DNA of 64,000 bases from Octopus sinensis (lineage: Eukaryota), in NCBI RefSeq assembly GCF_006345805.1, contig NW_021833473.1, positions 1 through 64,000 of the forward strand, given 5' to 3'. Within the stretch, counting starts at the first letter, position 1. The number at the start of each line of letters is the position of its first letter. Shown in pieces: positions 39,482-52,901 of the stretch. The position numbers were made by a program, and so were the translations under genes. Under the pieces are notes generated by a model, which worked only from the letters and a program-made list of their open reading frames with translations, made no database searches and was not told where the DNA came from.

Positions 39482-39651
39482 ACACATACATATATATATA
39501 TATATATATACATACATACATACATTATATATACATACATATATATACATACATACATATATATATATATATACATACATACATTATATATATACACATA
39601 CATACATACATATTATATATATACATACATACATACATACATATATATATA

Positions 39652-39705
<54 letters not shown>

Positions 39706-39722
39706 TATTATATATATATATT
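39208..39722. repeat. (TA)n/(CATA)n compound microsatellite between two PLE-like elements
   Basis: Alternating TA runs with acatagatacatac variants. Confidence 0.92.
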
Positions 39723-40490
39723 ATAAAATGAGATAGGGGTTGAACATTCAACCCACCATGGGATAACATATATCCAATATACTGCTAGAGAGGTACCCAA
39801 CAAGACTAATACATAAATGTTAAAAATTGCGGTGCAATTAATTCATCTACTTATTATGTGGGCAAGGGTAAAAATATTACCGTAAATTAATACTACAAAA
39901 TTAGAAAATGGAGAAACATACTTAAATCAATCAATCATCAACCATCAGATAATACCCAATCAATACTTTATTACACCATTACATAACAGCAAAGACATTA
40001 TACATAATATATTGTAAATATAGCTAGACATAGAAATAGAAATATAAAATACAATTACATCATATCTGACAGTTGTTTCGGCCGTGAGGACAAGTATGTC
40101 TCATTTAACCTATTAGCCACATAAAGCAGGTATAAATGAGACATTAACAAGGATGTCTCACGGCCTCTTCAGAGAATTAATATAAGTGTGAAAAAAATTT
40201 ACATATAAATATAAAAATATAAAATATAAAAATGTGTGCATAGACACTCATAATTCTACACATATCTATATACATACATATACACATTAATACAATAATA
40301 CAATATAAACAAAATATATCAGTATACATTAACAAACACAGTTATTTTCCATATTGGACTCCTAGTTCCATAACTAACATCAAGGAAATACATATACACT
40401 CACATTTAAAGCAGACATATATATATAAAAAAACAGTTCAGTTCATTAAAATGTGTAACCCTACAAAAAGTCAATAAAATTAATATCAAT

Positions 40491-40543
<53 letters not shown>

Positions 40544-41586
40544 CAACAACCATGAATGTACCAAGTACAGCAACCGGACATCTACATATCAATAAGTCTA
40601 ATTCATCTGTCCGCTTGATATTGATTATTCTAGATTGATTCGATTGGCTTATAGTTTTAAATTTGAATCACAATGGAAATTTTACGGTTAGTTAGTCAAG
40701 AAACGCACATACGCACACGCACATCCACAGATCCAGCGCACATACATACATAATTGTATTTATACACACACACATACACCCATACACATACATAGCCACA
40801 TACACAGCCAAATCATAAATAAATAAATAAATAATATAAGAGGTATAATCTTAACTATATACATGGAAAAACAGAGAAACCCAATCGATTGCACATACAT
40901 GCATGCAGACATCCAGCACCCCCAAAACGACATCAAGGCCGCGGTATTAACAAAGAAGATCCATTCACATACTTCCATAAAACATTAATTGCAAAGATAC
41001 ATATAATTATATCAAGACATAGAATGTAATTTTTCATAAGGTACATAATTCATATGACACCGTATTTTCCATAGCCATAGTATTCTATAACTAAACATCT
41101 ACTAATTTAGCCGCTATATGTTACATTCAAACATACGCTAAATTATAAAGTATAGATTAAACATTTCCGTTTGACTATCAAAAGACATAGAAATATACAT
41201 ATACTAAGTTGATATCGGTTTATAATAATTAAATTATTAGAGATTAATTGTAAGAAGTCTAAATACGCTAATATTCTAGGATATATAAACAAACAAAATA
41301 ACTCCTTATAGCATAAATAGATATCATCTCTACGTAATAAATCCAATGTTATTATAATACTAATATTTATCTATCGAAACCCTTACCAACGAACTAATAG
41401 AATTACGTTCACATCTACATGCCCATAAGTATACCCAAGTGTAACAACAGACATACACATACACACCATATATTATGTATAATGTCTTTGCTGTTATGTA
41501 ATGGTGTAATAAAGTATTGCTTGGGTATTATCTGATGGTTGATGATTGATTGATTTAAGTATGTTTCTCCATTTTCTAATTTTGTA
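39723..41586 (-). mobile_element. Penelope-like remnant with 119-bp inverted repeat and a hammerhead
   Basis: 39894-40012 is the reverse complement of 41468-41586 (1 mismatch); minus-strand HHR at 40062-40178; both ends abut (TA)n; no ORF recognised. Confidence 0.65.
40062..40178 (-). ncRNA. type I hammerhead ribozyme with extended stem II
   Basis: Minus tct-CTGAAGA-GGCCGTGAG...(atgtctcattta/taaatgagacat)...CTCACGGCC-GAAAC-aact-GTC-aga; canonical core, G-C closing pair and GUC site. Confidence 0.78.
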
Positions 41587-41624
41587 TATATATATATATA
41601 TATATACATACACACACATATTCT

Positions 41625-41990
41625 TTTATTCTTTTACTTGTTTCAATCATTAGACTGCAGCCATACTGGGACACCGCCTTGAGGAACTTTTAGTCGAACT
41701 AATCGACTCCAGTACTTATTCTATCGGTCTAATTTGCCAAACCGCTAGGTTATGGGGACGCAAACGCACCATCACTGGTTGTCGATCGGTGGTGGAGGAA
41801 AACCACAGACACAAAGACACATACAACACACATACATACATACATATACGATGAACTTATTTCAGTTTCAGTCTACCAAATCCACTAACAAGGCTTTGAT
41901 CGGCCCGAGTATCGTAGAAGAGTGGGACTGAACCCAGAACCATGTGGTCGGAAAGTAAGCTTCTTACCACACAACCACTCCTGCACCTAT
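41625..41990 (-). mobile_element. diverged family B SINE
   Basis: cttttacttgtttcaatcattagactgcagcc..gtgggactgaacccagaaccatgtgg..cttaccacacaaccactcctgcacct. Confidence 0.78.
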
Positions 41991-42439
41991 GTCTGAAGAA
42001 AAGATGATGGCAAGGTCTAGACATCGTTTGAGTCTCGTATGGTGCTGTTCAGGAAATATCTATTAAACAAGAGCACTAAAAATAAATGCCTCAACCAAGT
42101 TATCCAAACTGAAGAGAATCATATACTATGAGTCGGCTGTGAATTCCTCAATAAATATTAATTTCCTGACGAATTCCCACTGGATCTTTTAATCTAGCGG
42201 ACTTCAAGAAAGACCTTGAAGAGAAGCACTTTTCATATTAAAAAGGTGTTATGTATTTTTTTTTTCTGGTTTCAGCTCAGAGCTGCGGCCATGCTGATGC
42301 ACCGCCGTTTTGTGCTACACTGTTATTACGAAGAACCTCGTCTAATATGTGGCACTTGGTGAAGAATGGAGTTTGATATAGCTACTCTCATTTGCACCTC
42401 TTGCCGTGAGGTAGGTTCGTCATAAATTTTGTAAACTTG

Positions 42440-43630
42440 AGGATAATACTAACCTCAACAGGAAATATAGCTTATTTTTGACTGGTGACAGTCACATCAC
42501 GTTACATTATGAAGAATATGCTTTTGCTATCCAAGAATAAGAATTAGTTATAGAATACCCAATGAACAAAAGACACAATGAAGCGCTTTCAGTATTGTAT
42601 CGACAATGCTGTTGCTAAAAAATATTCAATGACATCCGTAGGAAAGACTTCTCTATGATAGATACAGAAAATAATCCTTTTACTAAGCATATTCATGTGT
42701 ATAAACATCAGAAATATTGGTGGTACATTTCCATTGAAATGTTTGCCAAGCGGTAATACAGCGGGTTTGATGAAGTTGTTTGGTACAGAATATAAAAGAC
42801 AATATATATGTGGCTCTCCGTCGGTTACGACGATGCAGGTTCCAGTTGATCTGATCAACGGAACAGCCTGCTCGTGAAACTAACGTGCAAGTGGCCGAGC
42901 TCCTCACAGACACGCGTATCCTTAATGAAGTTTCTCAGGGGAGGTTCAGCGTGACACAGAAGGTGACAAGACTAATCATTTGAAACACAAGTACTATTTA
43001 TTTTTGCGAGCTGAGTGGACTGGAGCAACATGAAATTACATGTCTTACTCAAGGACTGGAGCAGCGGGAAATAAAGTGTCTTGCTCAAGGACACAACGCG
43101 CCGCCAGGAATTCGAACTTACAACCTTAGGACCGTGAGCTGAATACCCTAACTGCTAAGCCACGCGCCTTGGGGATGCTGGCGTATCATTGCCTGAGGAA
43201 TTTGCCTTGGATGTGGGTGAGAGTGTAGTTATGGTGTGAGTGGTCTCTGTGTGAGTATTTTTGGAGCTGCGTTGTCAGAGCCCCTGGGTGTATTTAATAT
43301 CCGTTATATTTCTTCCTCTTGCTGCAGGTGGTATGATAAATGTAAAAGGTCAGCTAGCCACATTGCAGATGTGCACACATTTCTTTCAAAATACGTAGCA
43401 AAAACAATATCCATGATAACTGCTTCGAAACCAACAGCTTCTCTTCCCGGATTATAAATTTTACGTTTGTATCCATAGTTATTGAAGTACTTGGCTGTGT
43501 TAGTAAATATCTTAGCAACAATCTTGGAAATTGGGGTTTCCAGGAAGAAAGTGTTCAGCTAACATGCACTGGCAAATACAATTTGCACAAGCTGAGCATT
43601 GAAAGTATGCAAAATTTTTCTAATCTTCAG
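42440..43630 (+). pseudogene. RLE-LINE C-terminal fragment split by SINE pieces (~42811-43340)
   Basis: HYEEYAFAIQE*E..NKR, (RH)NAVAKKIFNDIRRK, KYWWYISIE..DEVVW; resumes LLRNQQLLFPDYKF / FVSIVIEVLGCVSKYLSNNLG / KVCKIFLIF; same family as 59830-60460. Confidence 0.72.
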
Positions 43631-43740
43631 CAAGAGTAAATTTTGCCAATTGTTATCTCTCAAACAAAAAGGCATAGTTATGCGCTCGCACGCACACACA
43701 CACACATATATATATACATATATTCATAAAGATATATATT

Positions 43741-43793
<53 letters not shown>

Positions 43794-43813
43794 TTCATAA
43801 AGATATATATTAT

Positions 43814-43896
<83 letters not shown>

Positions 43897-44093
43897 TTAT
43901 GAATATATATATATATATATATATATACATACATATATAAGTGCATGTAAATATACAAACGTACATTATTTATCCATTAATTCGTCCATTCATCCATCTA
44001 TCCATCCATTCATCGATCTACACATACATACACACATTCATACATACATACATACATACATACACAACATACATACATACAACATACATACAT

Positions 44094-44124
<31 letters not shown>

Positions 44125-45228
44125 TACATACATACATACATACATACATACATACATACATACGTACGTACGTACATACATTCTACCTATTTGGTTTTGT
44201 CGAAATTCCGATGAAAGGATCTTGTTTCTTGGGTTCTTTCTTATTTGTGAGAGATTGTGGAAATAAACTCGGAAAATGAACAAACGGAACCTATGCATTT
44301 AATACGCGCATACGTTCGTACACATATGCACACACATCCATACATTCACATGCAACCATGCATACAGACATATATATTTACCAATAAACGTACATATATA
44401 TTTATTCATGTATGCATGCACACATACGTACATGTACATAAATTTAATAGTTGTTGTGAGACGTAGCTTTAAGATTCAGAAGATAAACTTTTACGTGAAA
44501 TTATATATAAATATGGAGAAATCGTTCTATAGCTGAAAACATTTAAGCTCTTATATATATATATACATGACTCCCATACTGAATTATAAATGAATTTACT
44601 CGAAAATGCGTTTTCCTTTCTTGTGTTTCTTTACTTATTTATATGGTTATGTTGTTGCAGATGTTGTTGTTGTTGTTGCTGTTATTCCATACAAGACCAA
44701 CATGTTATTAAGTTACTTAAGTTGTCGCCATTTTAAAATTCTTACACAAAAGTTTACATAGAATATTGAATCGATTCTTGAAAGGAATTGTGCACCACTG
44801 ACAACCAACATCTGTTTGATCAATTATTCTAGGTTTAATTATCGCAGTATCAGAGAATATGCATATTTGTCTGCAGTTGTTGCATCTTTTGTTGCTGTTC
44901 TTTAAACCCAAGTTATTCCTGATCAAGACCTATAGCAAAATCGTGACCTTCGCATCTTATTCCAGATGGCATCACCAGAGAACGTGTACTGCTCTTCATT
45001 CGGTGTATAAGATTGGGAGGGAGATCTAGTTGCTATTTTTAGCAGATCAAGTGACCACGTAGGAATTCCTTCGTTGGCATAGATGTTCCCTCGTGGTCCT
45101 CTGTACAGAGAAATACTAGACCTTGCTCTACTGGATTCATAAGTTCCGTTTATGAATACTAAAGTCAATGATGGGAATTGTTGCAGGCTGCTGGCGCAAG
45201 AAATTACAGGACATTGATAGAATGTAAA

Positions 45229-45647
45229 TATATTTCTTTACTACCCACAAGGGGCTAAACACAGAGGAGACAAGCAAGGACAGATAGACGGATTAAGTCG
45301 ATTATATCGACCCCAGTGCGTAACTGGTACTTAATTTATCGACCCCGAAAGGATGAAAGGCAAAGTCGACCTCGGCGGAATTTGAACTCAGAACGTAACG
45401 GCAGACGAAATACCTATTTCTTTACTACTCACAAGGGGCTAAACACAGAGGGGACAAACAAGGACAGACAAATGGTTTAAGTCGAGTCCATTGACCCCAG
45501 TGCGTAACTGGTACTTAATTTATCGACCCCGAAAGGATGAAAGGCAAAGTCGTCCACGGCGGAATTTGAACTCAGAACGTAACGGCAGACGAAACACGGT
45601 TACGCATTTCGCTCGGCGTGCAAACGTTTCTGCCAGCTCGCCGCTTT
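45229..45647 (-). mobile_element. family A SINE dimer, 17-bp TSD
   Basis: cattgatagaatgtaaa at 45212-45228 and 45648-45664. Confidence 0.9.
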
Positions 45648-46147
45648 CATTGATAGAATGTAAAGGCGTTACTTGGATGCAAGCGAAGCAACCCGATCAA
45701 AATTAGCTTACAATAAGTAAAGGATCTATTCCATGCTATTTCTCTGGTTGTGACATCGATGCTGGAAGTGGTATTGTCTTGGCAGGCATAGCCAACCATA
45801 ACCTTTTGTACTTTGAAGAGATTAAGGCATTCCTGTGTAGTTTGAAAGTGATATTACAAAAGATGTGAAATTTCTGGCCATATTTGTAGTGACGTCTAAG
45901 ATATGGGATAGGTGAACTAGATTCCGCTTCCTAAATCTCGTTCAATATTGGATGGGTGGAGATTTCTCCATATAAACTAACTTCTCACTAAACATTCTCT
46001 TGACTAACCTCGTTATAGCAAGAGTTGCTTTACCAAAAATTTCCTTATCGAATGATAGTTTAAAGCTCTTCTTGCTTATACTTTCTGCCAGATTCTTACT
46101 TATAGCTGGGGCATCACTGGGATTACTATGGATATATACAATACATA

Positions 46148-46557
46148 GGCGCAGGAGTGGCTGTGTGGTAAGTAGCTTGTTTACCAACCACATGGTTCCG
46201 GGTTCAGTCCCACTGCGTGGCACCTTGGGCAAGTGTCTTCTACTATAGCCTCGGGCCGACCAAAGCCTTGTGAGTGGATTTGGTAGAGGGAAACTGAAAG
46301 AAGCCCGTCGAATATATGTATGTATATATATATATGCGTGTGTGTGTTTGTGTGTCTGTGTTTGTCCCCCTAGCATTGCTTGACAACCGATGCTGGTGTG
46401 TTTATGTCCCCGTTAATTAGCGGTTCGGCAAAAGAGACCGATAGAATAAGTACTGGGCTTACAAAAGAATAAGTCCCGGGGTCGAGTTGCCCGATTAAGG
46501 GCGGTGCTCCAGCATGGCCGCAGTCAAATGACTGAAACAAGTAAAAGAGCAAAAGAA
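46148..46557 (+). mobile_element. family B SINE
   Basis: Full head, CORE-like segment, (TA)(TG) interior and aaaagag tail. Confidence 0.88.
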
Positions 46558-46738
46558 TACCATTTTTTGACTTCTTATAATAGCATTGCTAATATGGCTT
46601 AACATCTAATGCAGCACCTAGGAAGTTAGTTATCGTTAAGATTGGTAATAGTAGTGATGTGTTTAAATCAAACTTAAGTTTTTTTCCGGTTTTAACCTGG
46701 TGCGGCCGCTCGTATTGAGTAAAATTGCTAAAGTTTCA

Positions 46739-47248
46739 TCTATATATATAAAACTCTAGTTGTGTGAGTGTCTGTCCCCTTCGATTTAGATTCCTAACTA
46801 CTCCCACATTTTGCGGTGCAGTTTAACCAAATTCGGGTATCTTATAGTCGTGATTCATATCGAGCCCGTCTGAGTATTAGCGCGCGTCAACGATGAGTCT
46901 ACGATTTTAAAAATAATTTAACATCATTTTTTATTCCATTTTAATGCATAATTTTTCGTGTGTCGATGGCGGCGGAGTTGGCGTCCATGGTCACAGCTGC
47001 ACCTGTTTGCTTCTCCCCCTTCCCTCCCTCGTGAAGCTGTGGGGAAGGGAGTGTAAAGAAATCAACGTCGTAATGCGTTGTCAAGGAAACCAGCGTTCTT
47101 TTAGAACAACGACTTCATGGCTTGAAGACACCAAAACAGAAATGGCTAAGAAAGCCCGAATTGGCATCTATAAGGGAAGTAACTCTCTAAAAATGCTTAT
47201 ATAGTTATTTCCCTTACAAACCCGAGCAACGCCGGGCGATACTGCTAG
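46739..47248 (+). mobile_element. non-autonomous Helitron
   Basis: A|TC start, cccgagcaacgccggg hairpin, CTAG|T end; shares ends with 23129-23528 but has a different ~220-bp interior. Confidence 0.88.
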
Positions 47249-47491
47249 TTTCTTATAAAACTGAGATGTGAGAGACATTTTTAATTCCCTTCCTAATTCT
47301 AAAAATATGAAGACTAAAAAAAAAAAAAAAACAGAAGCAAAAACAACGAAGCCAACTATCTCCATTTCGTCATAGATTCTTATTGAAAAGACCAAACAGA
47401 AAGTCTCCTCCGTTTCTGACCCCTTTCTGGTGTTCATTGTTATTCTAACGTCTGATTGTACTAAACCGCTTTCCGAAATACAATACTTTGA

Positions 47492-47492
<1 letters not shown>

Positions 47493-47548
<56 letters not shown>

Positions 47549-47552
47549 AAGG

Positions 47553-47588
<36 letters not shown>

Positions 47589-47616
47589 TAGTAGTAGTAG
47601 TAGTAGTAGTAGTAGT

Positions 47617-47663
<47 letters not shown>

Positions 47664-47691
47664 CAGCAGCAGCAGCAGCAACAGCAACAGC

Positions 47692-47724
<33 letters not shown>

Positions 47725-47770
47725 GGTGGTGGTGCTGGTTGTGGTGATGGTGTTGGTGGTGCTGCTGCTG
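47493..47770. repeat. compound (TAG)(CAG)(TGG) microsatellite
   Basis: Triplet blocks. Confidence 0.93.
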
Positions 47771-48500
47771 GGAATTCGAAATTGCTGGATAAAAATTCGC
47801 AATATGAAATTGGATGAGTTTTCAGGCGATTCTATTTTCAATGCTGCGAAACTACTTGATTGCTTCAGCTCTGCAGTTTCATTGATCAAACCTCGAAGCA
47901 CATCTAATTACATGATTAATGGTGTTGAAAATACGTTTAGTAACTATTCTCAATTCGCTTTCGGTGGTGGGAATAGTAGCCTGCATTTGAGATTGGTGAA
48001 TAAATTAAGGTGATTCATTGATGGCATGTGTCGTTTGGTGAAGCAATTCATTTGGCAATTTTTATTTTTAACAGAGTAGCTCGTTCTCTTGCTATGAAGT
48101 TCGTGGTGTACTTATATCAAGGGGATATTTTCTTTGAATGTTTTGGTAATGCACTTTGTTATGAGTTGATTGTGCCTTGTAATGCCTCTTTCGCATAGGC
48201 CCCTCTTTGTCTGCAAGAATATAAATGAGAAAGTATTATTTTAACAGTATCATGTAATTGTTCAAAGATTTTAGGAATGCATTTGTACAATGTTGAAATC
48301 TCGTTTTTATCACGTTAATGAGGTTGGATTTAAAATTCTCGCGATACACTTCGTTGATTTAAATCCGTATTTATCCATACACGTTTCTATGATGCCATTT
48401 TTGATGAAGTAGATTTTCCAGATACATCTGCTTGACATTAATTAAGCTTCTTGTCTTCTTAATCGGTATGTGATATAAGGCTTCCTGTACAGAATCTGCT
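47770..48500 (-). pseudogene. decayed Penelope-like (Neptune-type) ORF: N-terminus to RT motif A
   Basis: Minus frames WKIYF..YGFKS, IYILADK, ITKTFK, KCRL..ESELRIVTKRIFNTIN, Q*N..IK*FRSIEN..KLIQFHIANFYPAIS (cf. FIQFDIxxFYPSI). Confidence 0.78.
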
Positions 48501-49744
48501 TCTTCTTCGGGATATATGGAAAGTAGTGCTTCTCCATAGCCAACCACTAATATTCAGTTTGTTGATAGGATTCAACAAGATTTGTTATACGTAAATATGT
48601 AAAATCGGCAATGCATCTTGTAGGTGGAGTATAGTGGCTGCAAAGCAGGTGCAATTTAAGACAGTATTTTTGCGGCATATAAAGGAACATCTTTATTAAT
48701 AATTTAATCGAATGAACAGATGTTTCTTTATATGGTATAAAAATACACTATTAAACCATATATCTATATGTCACCACTATACACCATCCACAAGATGAAC
48801 AAAAAAACAACAAATAGCTTGGAAAACAGAAACATTTTACATCTGACAAAAGCAAGTGAACCGAAACGTTGATGTCACTATAAACCTTCCCTTGTTGAAA
48901 TGAAAAGAAATATACTTTACTTAAACATATTCAATAAACAATGTTTTTACATTACGTATACACTAATAGAATAAACTGTCGGTTTTCAGAGTAGCGAATT
49001 AAAACTTAAAAGAGAAATTTAGACACTTTGCAAAGGAAAATGGTATACTCCGCAGTGAATGCAATGAATATTTGTATTTGCGAGAAAATGGAGTTAAAAA
49101 TTCAATAAACTTGAGAAATCGAAATTATAGGAAATTTCTTAGAACATGAATTCATAAAAATATTTCTAGATGGTCAAACCCTTTAATAATTGCTTTCTTT
49201 TAATATTTTTAGTAATTGTTACATACCTAATTAATAAGCAGCTTTCTCTATTATAGTATAGATGCTTCAGTTGGTTTCGTTAAACCTTGTGATGTACGAC
49301 CAATTGCTGTGATAGAAAAAATATTCCCCACAAATAGTTTCAATAAAGTTTTATCAGAAAAATTTGGAAGAATTAGATGAAAGTTCTCCGGTAATTTTCT
49401 TTCATGTGAATAAATGTTCATTTATAAAATTTGCCCACAAAATCTTATAAAATGACAATGTTCTAAAAGTTGTAAATTTTTATGTTATATATGAAAATAA
49501 AAATTTTATATTTCTTATGTGAACATACTTTTGTCACAGAGAAACAATTTAGCACAACATAAGATACTTGTGCATAGTAACTATTATACATTAAAGGAAT
49601 TATTACCCTCTGTCCATCATGGTTTATAACTTTTATTCTCTAAATTTTGTGAGTCATAGTTATAAAACAGTAATGATATGCATAGATAAAACGCTGAATA
49701 TCTCCCGAATAGAGAGGAACGTACGCTGGACGGCTGGGGTTTAC

Positions 49745-50130
49745 TCTTTACTCTTTTACTGGTTTCAGTCATTTGACTGCGGCCATGCTGGAGCACCGCC
49801 TTTAGTCGAGCAAATCAACCCCGGGACTTATTCTTTTTGTAAGCCCAGTACTTATTCTATCGGTCTCTTTTTGCCGAACCGTTAAGTGACGGGGACGTAA
49901 ACACACCAGCATCGGTTGTCAAGCAATGCTGGTGGGGGACAAACACAGACACACATACATATATACGATAGGCTTCTTTCAGTTTCCGTCTACCAAATCC
50001 ACTCACAAGGCTTCGGTCGGCCCGAGGCTATAGTAGAAGACACTTGCCCAAGATGCCACGCAGTGGGACTGAACCCGGAACCATGTGGCTGGTTAGCAAG
50101 CTACTTACCACACAGCCACCCCTGCGCCTA
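49745..50130 (-). mobile_element. family B SINE
   Basis: ttactcttttactggtttcagtcatttgactgcgg..ctacttaccacacagccacccctgcgcct. Confidence 0.88.
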
Positions 50131-50419
50131 TTTCTGGTTTCAAGAAATGGATGAGAGATGATTACTGCTTGTAGATAAGGCGCAGTCTATCGCAGATAAT
50201 TTTTCTAGATGATCCGAAGTGAGTGAATAAAGTGTTCAGTGCAATGGGTTTATATTCCCATACTCGGGTTTAGCTATAGATGTTATTCATATGCAGTTTC
50301 ACCCCATCCTCATCGCACCGTTAATCTCGTTCATGTTTCTATTCACATTTAGGAAGCTATAAGAATATGAAATCAGACCCAATACATTTACTAGTATTTT
50401 AAATTAGTAATCCCAGAAA

Positions 50420-50650
50420 GCGCGTGGCCTAGTGGTTAAGCTGTTACACTCACGATCGCTAGATCGTGGGTTCGATTTCCTCAAAAGGCGGCGCGTCCTG
50501 TTCTTGAGCAAAACACGTCATTTCACATTGTTCCAGTCCTCCTTCGATCTGTAGGGATTGTTGGCCTGCACACCTAGCCAGCGGGGTGGCGTCATTTAAA
50601 GGCTAAAACAATTTAAAAAGTGCATTGTAACCAGCGATGTATAACGACAT
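50420..50650 (+). mobile_element. diverged tRNA-headed SINE (D-like head)
   Basis: gcgtggcctagtggttaag..gggttcgatttcc..gttcttgagcaaaacac..ttcacattgttccagtc. Confidence 0.55.
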
Positions 50651-51161
50651 CTGAAGAAGGAAGATAAAAAACAGTCCAGTTTTTCTTGTTTTCACAGAGA
50701 GTGTGCCTAGGATTAAAGTATCCAACACGTCTTCCTTTTTATAAAAATGGTAAGCTGTGATTTGAAGAAGAACTGGCTACTATTCCAACCAATTAAACCA
50801 CTATATAGAGACTCTACCATTGTCCCAATAATAAAGGTGTCTTCTATCGAGTCCTGAAACTTTTATTCTGTGAACTTCTGGTGCACAGAAGATTCATGAT
50901 ATGAAAATAAGAAAAAATATATATTATGTTCACTAAGAAAGAAAGGAAAGAATTTTGGTACACAAAGTTAAGTTTACTACTGCCAACAGCAGTTATATAT
51001 TAGGAAACAAATTGTATCTTATGGGTTATTTTAGAAACGGAATATGCAGTTGTTAGAGCTCGTGGGATGAACTTCGTATTAAAAAAAATATATGGGGACG
51101 AACAAAAATATGTATAAAAAATATGGTTGCGGGAAAGCTGGTATCTAAAAGGACAATTTGA

Positions 51162-51456
51162 GACCCCTTCGGTCACGACTGACCGTGGGATTGCACCTAC
51201 AAAGTTAACTTCCCAAGCACAAGTCCGGGCAAGGTTGTTTGTGGAAGACCAGCAGTCGCCCATGCATACCGGCCTCCCTTCTCCACGCCACCAGTGTTAC
51301 CCAAGGCAAAGGCAATGGGGCTGATACAGCTTGGCACCTGTGACGTCGCAACTCATTTCTACAGCTGGGTGAACTGGAGCAACGTGAAATAAAGTGTTTT
51401 GCTCAAGAACACAACACGCAGCCCGGTCCGGGATTCGAACTCACAACCTCACGATC
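51162..51456 (-). mobile_element. family D SINE, 5' end truncated
   Basis: Matches 10716-11042. Confidence 0.85.
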
Positions 51457-52137
51457 ATGACAATATTCTGTCGTAATTCTTATGGCTTCTTATGGCTTTC
51501 ATTGTATGAAAATTAGCGGATATTTTAACTTCACGTGAGAGATTATCACACATACACACATGGTCTCTCTCTCTCTTACACACACACGCGTAGACAAATC
51601 GCATTCACAATAAACATACATATACACACACTCATGTATATAAACAAAGCAAGATCCAATATTTGTTACTTGTAAAGAAGCATCTTTTTAACAGAATAAA
51701 ACATTTTCCCCTGTAGTCCAAACAAAGTTGTATTATTTATTTCCTTGGCTTGTCGGGGAGTAACCCCGGCATTTATAACAGTCAATCTTATGCTGTTTTC
51801 TCTTCATATTTAAAGAAACAAAGTATGAGACGGAGCCGCAGGCCGTAGGCAGAAAACAGCGCAAGAATATATGATTTTGTTTAAAGCACAAAGGTATAAA
51901 TTATAATACAATGACTTTCCCAGATATATTTCAGAGAAACCATACAATGAATGCAAGCCTTTGATCTGATGTCTAGTCAGAGCTGACCCGAGGCTAAACA
52001 ACAACTGCAACTACTACTACTACTACTACTACTACTACCATGCACACATAATCTACCAAATGGCGTTTATAATTCGAACATCTATTATAATTCCATTTAC
52101 GTCTAAGACGTCTTTAAGGAATATACTTGACTTCGTA

Positions 52138-52553
52138 AAGGCGGCGAGCTGGCAGAACCGTTAGCACGCTGGGCGAAATGCTTAGCGGTATTTCATCTGC
52201 CGCTACGTTCTGAGTTCAAATTCCGCCGAGGTCGACTTTGCCTTTCATCCTTTCGGGGTCGATTAAATAAGTACCAGTTACTGGGGTCGATATAATCGAC
52301 TCAATCCGTTTGTATGTCCTTGTTTGTCCTCTCTGTGTTTAGCCCCTTGTAGGTAGTAAAGAAATAGGCATTTCGTCTGCCGTTACGTTCTGAGTTCAAA
52401 TTCCGCCGAGGCCGACTTTGCCTTTCATTCTTTCAGGGTCGATAAATAAAAGCATCAACCGCCTTTCGCACTGGGGTTGATGTAATCGACTTAATCCCTT
52501 TGTCTGTCCTTGTTTGTCCCCTCTGTTTAGCCCCTTGTGGGTAGTAAAGAAAT
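52138..52553 (+). mobile_element. family A SINE dimer, 17-bp TSD
   Basis: atatacttgacttcgta at 52121-52137 and 52554-52570. Confidence 0.92.
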
Positions 52554-52901
52554 ATATACTTGACTTCGTACACAACTTCGATCCTCTCTGCTATTGTAAA
52601 TCTGTACTTAGTCTAATGATTCATAGTTTACGAAAAGAAAAGTTTCATTTTTAATTTTTTTAATGATATTAATTAACATGCCGCTATTAATCAGGGATTG
52701 GTTGTAGAGGCTGTTAGGTACGTTGTTGTGTGCTTTTTCACATCAGCGTTTACTGCGTGCCTTACTGTATCTTTTCTGGTGTTAGGGCTTTAATAATTTT
52801 TTCATCGTCTCCAATTTTCGTCGACCAATATTTCTGAGCTACAGATTATGTCTTAAATACATTTGAAAGCCAATAAACTTGTTATAAGATTCTCCGAAAG
52901 T

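Noticed and set aside
44717-45168. Two adjacent non-repetitive minus-strand ORFs
   Set aside because: No recognisable motif in any frame and no clear splice sites; needs BLASTX.
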